A stretch of DNA of 64,000 bases from Candidatus Aceula meridiana (lineage in GTDB: Bacteria; Omnitrophota; Gorgyraeia; Zapsychrales; Aceulaceae), in contig JAVCDE010000024.1 in the NCBI GenBank assembly GCA_030765185.1, positions 379,538 through 443,537 of the forward strand. Reading direction: 5' to 3'. This document shows positions 20,913 through 30,600 of this stretch, piece by piece (the stretch's first letter is position 1; every line of letters begins with the position of its first letter). Under the pieces are notes generated by a model that was given only the letters and a program-made list of their open reading frames with translations, was not told the DNA's origin and searched no databases. A program made the translations under genes and the position numbers.

Positions 20913-21371
20913 CTACTCTGTAGTCTCACCCTCAGAAACATCAACACTGTCTAAAATAGATGTTTCTTTCTCAGCTGTCTTATCGCCTTGCTTACCGCCT
21001 TCTTTGGCCTCTTTTTGATAAGCCTCAAGAACTTTAGTTTGCAGATATTCACGAAATTCCTTTGTTACCGGATGCGCGATATCGCGATGCTCGGCTTTAG
21101 CATCTTCGCCTCGCACATTTGAGGATTCATGAGGGGCAATAGCGGCTGCACAATGATTGCAGAACTTGCTTCCTGCCTCATTTCTAAAATGACACTTCTC
21201 ACAAGAAAGTTTAACTTTTCTCGACGGCATTGCAATAAAAAGCCCGTTAGAGCTTTGGATGACTTTGATATTCCTGACAACAAAACAATTGTCAAATGTC
21301 ACCGTTGTATATGCCTTCAGCTTTTTGTCCTGCCCATCCTTTAAAAATACACGAATTTCAGTAATTTCCAT
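20913..21371 (-). CDS. spoVG: SpoVG family protein with inserted Zn-ribbon
   Basis: MEITEIRV, FD.CFVVR.IKVI, GLFIAMPSRK, DIAHP; CEKC..CNHC insert. Confidence 0.92.
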   Translation of the reverse strand: MEITEIRVFLKDGQDKKLKAYTTVTFDNCFVVRNIKVIQSSNGLFIAMPSRKVKLSCEKCHFRNEAGSKFCNHCAAAIAPHESSNVRGEDAKAEHRDIAHPVTKEFREYLQTKVLEAYQKEAKEGGKQGDKTAEKETSILDSVDVSEGETTE

Positions 21372-21403
21372 TGGTTGTTCCTCCTCCAGTTATAAGGGTA
21401 TCC

Positions 21404-22261
21404 CTACAACGTCCTTAAGGCAAACACCTGGGCGTAGTGTTTAGATAAAATCGATTTTAATTGCTTGGCTTTGTGTTCGGATTCAACGAGACCAAATAGG
21501 GACGGTCCGCTTCCAGAAAAAATCACTTTGGTGCCAATCATTTTCTCGATGTTCTTCTTTATCTGTAGCAATTTTGGATGGGCATGCACAATCGATGCCT
21601 CCAAATCATTTGAGAGGAGTGCACTCACCTTGGCTACGCTCCCTTTCTTCAATGTGCGAGTAAGGATATTAACATTATCGTATCTTTTTGTCAACTTCAA
21701 TTTAAATGCCCTAAATACCTCGCGCGAATACACTTTGATGCGTGGAATAACCACAATATGCCACATTTTTTTGCTTAAATCGGCCTTTTTTAGCTCATCT
21801 CCGCGCCCTTTTCCTATTGCATACTTATAGGTATATATAAATAGGGGAACATCTGCTCCAAGCTTTTTCGCATAAAAGACAAGCTCCCCCTCTTTAAGCC
21901 CTAGTTTCCAAATTTTATTAAGCCCCAAAAGGGTTGTGGCCCCATTGCTAGAGCCTCCGGCTAGTCCTGCAGCCACCGGAATACGTTTTTTAATATGGAT
22001 ATCTGCACCGCAACTTAAAGCAAAATCTTGCTGCAAAAGTTTTGCGGCCTTATAAGCTAAGTTTCTTGGGCCTATGGGAACAGCCGGATGCGCACAAAAA
22101 ACACGAATTCTTTTAGATTGCGTACGTGTTAAACGCACCTCATCACAAAGGTCAACCTTCTCAAAAAGAGTGGAAAGATTATGATATCCGTCTAAGCGTT
22201 TGTTGATAACTTTTAAGGTAAGATTTAATTTAGCGGGAGAAAAAAGGCAAATGCTTTTCAT
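21404..22261 (-). CDS. ispE: 4-diphosphocytidyl-2-C-methyl-D-erythritol kinase
   Basis: PAKLNL.L, DGYH, KRIPVAAGLAGGSS, GADVP, SGSGPS. Confidence 0.96.
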   Translation of the reverse strand: MKSICLFSPAKLNLTLKVINKRLDGYHNLSTLFEKVDLCDEVRLTRTQSKRIRVFCAHPAVPIGPRNLAYKAAKLLQQDFALSCGADIHIKKRIPVAAGLAGGSSNGATTLLGLNKIWKLGLKEGELVFYAKKLGADVPLFIYTYKYAIGKGRGDELKKADLSKKMWHIVVIPRIKVYSREVFRAFKLKLTKRYDNVNILTRTLKKGSVAKVSALLSNDLEASIVHAHPKLLQIKKNIEKMIGTKVIFSGSGPSLFGLVESEHKAKQLKSILSKHYAQVFALRTL

Positions 22262-22295
22262 AAATAACTTTCGCGAACAAGCTTAAAAGCAAGTC

Positions 22296-23273
22296 TTAGG
22301 GTGTCTGGTTTTCTTGAATCTTCTTTAAAACATTCTCTTGGTCGGGGAGCATCTCAAGAGATTTTTCCCAATTTTCCAAAGCCTTCTGAGGTTTTTTCAA
22401 TCCTAAATACGCGTCGCCTAAGTGGTCATAGACAATGGGGTCTTCAATAAATTTAATGGCGCGCTCTAAAAATAAAACAGCCTTTTCATAATCGCCTTGT
22501 TTATAATAAACCCAACCCATGCTATCTAAGTAAGCACCATTTTCAGGGTCGACCTCTAACGATCGCTTGACAAGCTCTCGAGCTTCACCAAGATTAATGC
22601 CGTCTTCCGCATACATATACCCTAAAGAATTCAAGCTCCCATCGTGCTTAGGATTATTCTTGATCGAACGTTTGAAAAACTCAATGGCTTTTTTACGATT
22701 TGGAACTTCTAAAAACAAAGACCCCAAGATAGACAAAATTTCTGCATCATTGGAATTAAGGGTGAGGACTTTTTCAAATTGTTCAATCGCAGGGGTGATT
22801 CGCCCTTGCGAATAATAAAGCTGCCCTAAATAGGCATAACCTTCACTGCTATCAGGATCTTTCTCGATAACTTTTTGAAGGATTAATTCATATTCATCAG
22901 TGGCTTCTTCTTCTTTAGATTGAGAAGAATAAATAATGGCAAGTAAATAATGGGCTTGGACGTCTTTAGGTCTCAGGGTTGCGGCTTTTTTAAGCTGCAC
23001 GACAGCCTTTTCAAAATCGCCTAGGCGGCCATAACTGGCACCTAGGCGAAGAGCAACAGAATAATTATCACTTTCAATTTGCGTGGCTTTTTCTAAAGAC
23101 TCGACAGCTTTATCGAGTGAGCCATTCCAGTCATAAATCAAGCCCATCGTATAATGCGCAAGGGTTTGCGCTTTGTCATCGATATCTTGGACAAAAAGCG
23201 TGTCATAGGCAAAAGCAGAAAAAGCAGTTGCCAGAAAAAAGGTGCTTAAGATAACACAAACAAATAGACGCAT
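22296..23273 (-). CDS. Exported tetratricopeptide repeat protein
   Basis: Signal peptide; multiple TPRs (LN.LGY, YLDSMGWVYY, DHLGDAY). Confidence 0.88.
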   Translation of the reverse strand: MRLFVCVILSTFFLATAFSAFAYDTLFVQDIDDKAQTLAHYTMGLIYDWNGSLDKAVESLEKATQIESDNYSVALRLGASYGRLGDFEKAVVQLKKAATLRPKDVQAHYLLAIIYSSQSKEEEATDEYELILQKVIEKDPDSSEGYAYLGQLYYSQGRITPAIEQFEKVLTLNSNDAEILSILGSLFLEVPNRKKAIEFFKRSIKNNPKHDGSLNSLGYMYAEDGINLGEARELVKRSLEVDPENGAYLDSMGWVYYKQGDYEKAVLFLERAIKFIEDPIVYDHLGDAYLGLKKPQKALENWEKSLEMLPDQENVLKKIQENQTP

Positions 23274-23287
23274 CTTAACTCTTTATC

Positions 23288-23389
23288 TTATTTATGGTCG
23301 CGTTTCTTCAAATGGCGAAGAGATTTTCTTAATTTTTTTCTCTTATGAGTTGTAATCTTTTTTCTTTTTTTCTTTTTTCCGCAAGGCAT
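23288..23389 (-). CDS. Small basic protein, bS22/AURKAIP1-COX24-like (33 aa; not in ORF track)
   Basis: MPCGKKKKRKKITTHKRKKLRKSLRHLKKRDHK*; fits the MPxGKKRKRxKxxTHKRKK pattern of bS22-type ribosomal proteins; GAGGA upstream. Confidence 0.85.
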   Translation of the reverse strand: MPCGKKKKRKKITTHKRKKLRKSLRHLKKRDHK

Positions 23390-23408
23390 AACTTGTTTTC
23401 CTCAAGGG

Positions 23409-24284
23409 TTAATAAATAACTTTGTTTAATGGATACTCAATAATTCCTTTTGCCCCGGCGTCTTTAAGCTTTGGAATAATATTGCGTACAACGCTTTCGG
23501 GGATAACCGTTTCAATCGCAACCCAACCTGCTTCAGCTAAAGGAGCAATGGTTGGATTTTCTAAAGATGGAAGCAGGCTAATTGCTTTCATCAAATCTTT
23601 TTCTTTAAGGTTCATTTTAAGGCCAACCATATTTTCAGCTTCAAGGGCACCCTTTAAAAGCATAACAATTTGCTCCATCTTTTTTGCTTTCCAGGCATCT
23701 TGTATAGTCTTTTTGTTAGCAATAAATTGCGTAACAGACTCACATACTGTTGCAACAATGCGCAGATTATTAGCTTTAAGGCTGCTGCCTGTCTCGGTAA
23801 GCTCGACGACAGCATCAACTAAGCCAGATGTTACTTTAGCTTCGGTAGCCCCCCAAGAAAATTCTACATCAGCTTTAACTTTGTTCTTTTTTAAGTAACC
23901 TTTAGTCGCATTGACAAGTTCTGTGGCGATGCGTTTGCCCTGCAAGCCTTTGACAGACTTGATTGATGAAGCTTCCGGCACAGCTAATACCCAACGTACT
24001 TTGTTCGTGCTTTGTTTGGCGTAGCAAAGGTCGGCTAAACCTACAACTTTAGAGTTGTTTTCGACAATCCAGTCCGCGCCTGTAATGCCGCAATCGAGCG
24101 TTCCATCTTCAACATAGCGCGACATCTCCTGTGCACGCAAAAGCACACATTCAATCTCACCATCATCAATGGCCGGAAAATAAGAACGGCTTGAAACATG
24201 CACTTTGAATCCTGCCTTTTCAAACAGCTTGATAGTGGCTTCTTGGAGACTTCCTTTTGGAAGTCCTAATTTTAATTTTCTCAT
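23409..24284 (-). CDS. hisG: ATP phosphoribosyltransferase, long form
   Basis: LPKGSL, D.GITG.DW, SWGATE, ETGSSL.AN.L, C-terminal regulatory domain. Confidence 0.96.
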   Translation of the reverse strand: MRKLKLGLPKGSLQEATIKLFEKAGFKVHVSSRSYFPAIDDGEIECVLLRAQEMSRYVEDGTLDCGITGADWIVENNSKVVGLADLCYAKQSTNKVRWVLAVPEASSIKSVKGLQGKRIATELVNATKGYLKKNKVKADVEFSWGATEAKVTSGLVDAVVELTETGSSLKANNLRIVATVCESVTQFIANKKTIQDAWKAKKMEQIVMLLKGALEAENMVGLKMNLKEKDLMKAISLLPSLENPTIAPLAEAGWVAIETVIPESVVRNIIPKLKDAGAKGIIEYPLNKVIY

Positions 24285-24398
24285 GAGGATACCCTTCATT
24301 TAATAAAATTCGATACTAATATAACTATAATAGTATATCAAAAGTGAAGTGAATTATACATGGAGTTTTGTAAAAAGTAAAGGGAAGAAAACTTGAGC

Positions 24399-24660
24399 CT
24401 AATTTAAATAGCTCAACTCTTTGGGTTCATCGGCCTCTATCTCCTGCGCCCACTCACTATCATCAAAATCTTCCTTATTAAGGCCCATTAAAGTCCAAAT
24501 ATTCGTGACAGGCGTAATATTAATAATAACAGGCACAAAACCTTCAATATTGTTAAAGTCTATGCCTTGGAGTTCTACCGGCAGTTCAAACTCAACCCCT
24601 TCGCCTTGGATTTGAAGATCAAGGGCTTGCGGGTTGAAGTCGATACCACCAGGGGCCGAG
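24399..24660 (-). other. Giant protein C-terminal cap motif
   Basis: SSAPGGIDFNPQALDLQIQGEG..F.LP...IEGFVPVIINITP following the last Ser-rich linker. Confidence 0.65.
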
Positions 24661-27600
24661 GAAAGTTCAGCAGCAGACAAATCCCGTAAAGGCTTATTTG
24701 CAATCTCAATAAGTGCATCAAGATATCTTTCGGTAATCAGCCTATCAATGACAACATATGGCCTACCCTTCAAAACACCATCTTTATCCTTAACCGATAT
24801 TTCTGCAGAATGCCATTGGATTAAATTTAATATCCTTCTCTGAAACTGATTCGAGTCTTCGAAATCTAATGCAAAAGTTGTATATGGAAATAAATAATCA
24901 TCCCTAGTCATCAGCTGTTGTTCCTTCAATCCTGAATCATAATCTACGAAGATCGTCACAGGAACACTTGGTTCGTTATCTTCTATACGATATCCATAAT
25001 GAAAAGTTTCCGAAACCGCCTTAATAAACTTCTTAAAAAATAGTTCAGCAACTTCCTTCTCAGTTGAGATAGACCCCTCAAATAAAGGAACTCTTTTCTT
25101 TGATTCCTCATTATGTTTCTTTTTTATTAATTCCAAAAACCCTGGCTTAATAATCATTGCATGCCCTGTATGTCTGAATTCTGTCATTCTCGCTACACGC
25201 TCTGCTGCCAAAACATGGATGGCAATCGTCTTATCTAATATGCGCGCCAACTCCAATATTTTTGCAACCATTCTCTCCTCAAACATTTTATCCGCACTTA
25301 CTTCCACACCTGAAACGGGAGAGAAATAATCCACGGTTGGCTGCTTCCCTACTAAATCAAAATTCATACCCAGGCTTTCCAAATATTTCTTCGCCTCAAA
25401 AGTCGCCTTTTGCACAGAAGTAGCTGCTATACCGCCAGATTTTCTCACCTCCGCAGATACCGTTGGGCTAGTCTTGCCCTTGACCCAAATTTTACATACA
25501 TCCGGCAAAAGAAAAGCTTTTGCATCATCGCCTGTCCTAGTCGGAGGGCCGGAAGGTCCAAGGTTCACATTCAAAATATCAAAAAATCCTAATTCTTTTT
25601 CCTGCGGCCCATGCAGCAGATCTACCTGCCGCAACATCACGACAGAATCACCCTCGTTGATAAGAACTTCTTCTATAATCTTTTGAACGATCTGCAAAGA
25701 TTTCTCGTATTGATTGTCTCCGGGCCAAACGACAAAATTCAAAAGCCCCTTAAACAAAAGCACCTTCTTGCCGGATATAATTTTTAATTCTGCAATATAG
25801 CTCTCTGCATCATCAATAAAATTCTTAGCCGTTCTATCAACCAGATTAACTCTCTCTGCCAAAGGCACACCAAGGTTGCGGCTAATCAACTCTTCTCCTC
25901 GGTCAAAATCATTTTGATCCTTGTTTATAGGAAAAGTCTTTCTAAAAATCGCTGGGATAGAATCGGCACCGCTGACCGGATAAATATAAGTAGTATTCTC
26001 TCCGAAATAATCCGATAAAGCTTTCATGAGATCAAAATATGCCTGTACTTCTATTTTTTCTTTTTCCGTCTTACCTCTCTCCGGTTTTCCTAAGACATTT
26101 TTTACGAGATTAATCGCATCCCGATATTTTTGTAGCGCTGCATTTACATACTCAATATTTCCCTTGATGCCTAATGGCTCGTTCTCATTCATCAGCGAGA
26201 AATTGGTTCCTTCCGAATCCGTTGCTGAACCCTCCGCCCCCTGCGCAGGCGACGAAATACTTTCCCCCTGCACGAAGTCGCTCTTTTCTCCTCCAAATGG
26301 CGAAGGCCTTATATCATTTGTATTTTCACCACTTGAACTGTTTTGAGGAAGATCAGGCTCATCCTTAACAAATCTTCTTAAATATTCAAATGCAATATGA
26401 ATAGCAGATAATTGATCATGAGCTTCTTTATACTCAGAATTCTCTCCGGTTTTCATCTCATCTAAACCTAATCTTGTCTGTATTTGATCGGGCGACCTTT
26501 CTTCTTTATACATTTCCTTTACTTTTGCGTTTCTTGTTCTTTTTAAACCTTTTAAATTTCCAGGTATTTCGTCTAGACCCAAAACAGCCAATGAATTTTG
26601 ATACATTTCATTATCCTTTGTGAAGCCATCACTATCATATCCTGACTGTTCACCTTGAGAATATGATCCTCTGGAATAATCTCTAACCGACTCATACACT
26701 TCATCCATAAAAACATTTAAATTTCTTAAATCTGTAATGCGTTCTTTATTTCTTCGCATAACATCACCTAAGGCTCTATAAAAATGATCCTGCTGACCAT
26801 CAAACCGATGTTCAAGAGAAACAAAAGCATTAACAATAACCTCTAAACTTGATAGATCCGTAATTAAGTGCTGCAAAACCATTACTCCATCGCTGAGAAG
26901 ATCATAATTTTTTCTATCTCTGTATCGCAGCCTTAGAAAAGCATCTAACAATATTTTACTCATAGTCCTATAGTCATCCTCAGAATCCAAAATAGCAACA
27001 ATATCACTTGCGCCATGTTCAATAATCTTCCAAGCTTCATCGCCTGCATCAACACTAGTTTCAACAATAGCTGGCCAGAATTGCCTAAAACGATCTTCTC
27101 CTAATCTTCTAGACAAAACACTTAAACTGCGAAAAAGTATTTCTTCGCTATCTGTAGCAGATTCTCTCATTCGAGCTAATTCAGAACCTACACTCAGCAC
27201 ATCCTCTGAGCTATTAATTAAAGAAACTGCTGCTTTAAGTCCTCCAGAAAAAGCATTAAATGTCTTACCCGAGCCAAGCCTTTGAGCTAATAACAATAAT
27301 TGGTCTCCTACAGATTTAAGAGATTCCTCGTCTTGAACTAAGTGTTTCAGATTTCCGATTCCATAATTTAATATATGAGGTGCGTATTCGCCTGCCTTAT
27401 TAACTAAATCTTTTGTAGAAGCCCAAGACTGACGAAAGGCTTCGTCTCCAAGTATTTTTCTCAAATTTCCCAATCCCCGAAAAACGTCACTTCTTTCATC
27501 TTCAGATATCTGTAGTCCAATAAGCTCATCAGCCATAGGAACAATTCCATCCAAGCTATCGATTAGGATGTTAACCACTTCAAATCCAGTTCCTAAAATC

Positions 27601-30600
27601 TGCCAATCACCCTTTTGATGAACTTTAATTAGTTCTTCACCAGCTTTTTTTAATTCAGGAATTGTTGTTATCAAATTCTTAATACTCTCAAGTGTCGCAC
27701 TAATCGTCCATTCATCATGTTGACCAAAAATATTTTGTAATTCTCTCATCACCGATTTTAAATCCTCATTAGTATTTACTAAAGGTCCCATTGCATTAAG
27801 AGTTTTAAATGCATTAAACCCTGCTGTCTCTTTATACTGTAAAAATTCATCTATCAATCTATTAAATCCATCAAAATCGTCATACAATGTTTTATATGTT
27901 TCAGCAACACTAAATAACCAACTTGCATTGTCTCCAAATCTTTTCTCGCTCTCAATGAGAGCCTGTCCGCGAACTCTTAATTCTTCTGGTGAATTTACGA
28001 ATGGACTTACAAGAGCGACCCCCCCAAGCAATGTTGGTGATTCATTAAAATGATCACTTGGTTCCATTGAATTATTCGCAAGCTCTAGCAGAACAGCCCC
28101 ATATTGACGCACATCTTCTGGCGTGTGAAGTTTATCCGTAATTCCTGCCAAAGCCGTCATTATTGCCGTTATTTTTTTAACCCCAGCTTCTTCGCCTAAT
28201 TTTACAATCTCAGGCCAAATAGTTTTTAGAGTCTCGCTATCAATACCTTTAAGCAATGTTGGTAAATTTCTTCTAAATAGAGGCTGAGCGCCTCGCCCAG
28301 CTGTATCAGATAATCGCACATAATCTCTCGCAATCTTTCCTGCATCATCAGGATCTTCGTACAACGCCTTAGCGTCTAAAAATGCATTGAAAGAGTCTGC
28401 TCGGGAGTCTGTTCGGGAATTTTTCAAATGTTTCCATGCCTCAATTAGTTCAGGCAGCAAAAGATCTAGCTGTGCAGACGGAAATTCCTCAATCATTCTT
28501 TTAAGCAAATGTCTGAAGAAATATTTACTTTCGCCGCCCACCCAGTCTACTTCCGACCAATCATAAATATCATTAAACATATCAATGCTATGACGTTCAA
28601 CGAGACGATCAAAATCTTTCTTATATTCTGCTATCAATTCCTGAAAATGAGGATTATTGCTAATAAAGTCCCTCTTTCTTCGTTCATTAGAAAGCAAAAG
28701 CGACTGCGCGGGGGTGTGGGCGGAAGAGGAAATCTTTTTTCCATCTTCGGAATAAATAGGCTCAATTATTTTTTCCTCTTCCTTCGCGCTATCAGTAACC
28801 TCGTTCCCCGCCCCGCTCGACGCATGAGCGTCATCAGGATTATAAACTTTTGCTTGAGCATCCTGCCCATCATCAATCGTGCTAGAAGAACCACTTCCAC
28901 TCTGCGCAAGGCGCGCTAAAGCACGATAGAGCGTACTATCGTTACCTTTTAAAGTTATAACTTTCTGAGTAGAATTCTCCCAAAGATGTTGAAATAAAGA
29001 ATTGTATAATTGAGGTCTACTATTTCTTAAAAATTCACACATTTCTTTGAGAGTTTTAGCTTTCGTGGAAGAAACAATAATGTCCGGAACAAAAACCTTG
29101 AAAACTTCTTTAACATGATTATTTGAGCATATTTCGAGAAAGTATTCTTTTGCCTTCTCACCATTCTTAAAATCTCCATCCTTCTCAACAAAGGTTATGT
29201 ACTTGCTAATTAAACTATCTGCAGTTGTTTTCCCACGAACTCCCGTTGGCACGATCGTACTATTTACCCCTACACTAATACTACTATGACTAAGGTCCAA
29301 TACTTCACCTATCATACGTGTTGTAATCTTTCTATCGTATTCATTCTCAAGCCGCTCCGTTAAATATGCGGCAAAACCCCGGGCAAACCAAAAGGTAACC
29401 CCCTTTTCCTTTTCAACGAAATCAATAACATATTGTGCAAACCCTCCTTCCTTTAAGAATTCTTTAATCTCTTCAACCAACTGTGCCTGCGAACGAGAAT
29501 TCTTCACTTGCTCAGTATTCTCCCAATCTTGAGTCAAACTTTTCCTTGGAATATAGGTAATAAACTCTTCTTTCGCTGTAATCCCAATACAGTCTGCAAG
29601 GGCACCTGCAATACTTTTTCCTTGCAGTGTGTCGCACTTTTCAATATTACTAATTCTTTTCTTTCCATTTGTTACTTTAATATTTTTTAAATCTTCCTGT
29701 CCGGCAGATACTGCCTTCCAAAAATCTTCTTGCGACTGAAATCTCTGAAGGCGTATTTGCCTGATCATATCTCCAATCGTAAAACCGTCTTCTTTTCTCA
29801 CATCTTCGAAAAGCTCATCAGCGCTTTTTTCCTTAACGATGCCAAACATTAAAAGCCCTAAAGAACGTGCGAGATCTTCATTAAAAGGAGCGGCCCAATC
29901 TGCAATTTTCTTGATTTCCTGAGGCGCACGAGGAAATAATATCCCTCCTTCTCGCCACAAGCGGATTGTCTCCTGGTGTCTGTCCAAACTCTTACTAATC
30001 AAAAAATTTAACATGCCCGTTTTCTTACAGAGTTCATCAAAGACTTCAGAAAATATATTATGCTCTTTAAAATAATCAGGATCTTCTAAAATAGTATTTT
30101 GTTTTCGCTCAATAAGGTCACGAATAAATTCTTCATCTAAAGGAGACAATATTTTCGATATCTCTTGCTCAAGAGAGTCTTCCCCAGTAAGAAGTTTTTG
30201 TTTCTTGTCAACTCGATAAGCCTCCCACGTGTGAGATTTCATCTGAGGATGAGAGGGCTCGCTACCTTTGGCCAAGGGTTGACCTTGAATTTTATAACCA
30301 GCCAATTCAATAATTTCTTTTGTTCTTTTTATTTCATTCTCAAAAAAGACCTTTCCTCTAGAATCCCCATAATCATTATAATAACCCAAAACAATAACAC
30401 CTTCATCCTCTAACTCTAACGCGTTCATCGCATTCTGAAAAATCTTAACCCTTGTCTTTTTCAAAATAGACGGATCTGATAAAATAGACATCATCACTAG
30501 CACCTGGGCAGGTTTTTTTATTATTTCAGCCTGATCAAAACTTGCTTTCCCATCAGGCACAACAGTCAAGTTATTGTTTTTTACCTTATTAGCCCATTCC

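Noticed and set aside
20746-20913. tRNA as an integration site for an island carrying the giant gene
   Set aside because: Flanked by conserved ispE-spoVG-glmU-prs synteny; no integrase or duplicated tRNA 3' end seen
20741-20947. 68-aa ORF
   Set aside because: Overlaps tRNA-Gln; spurious
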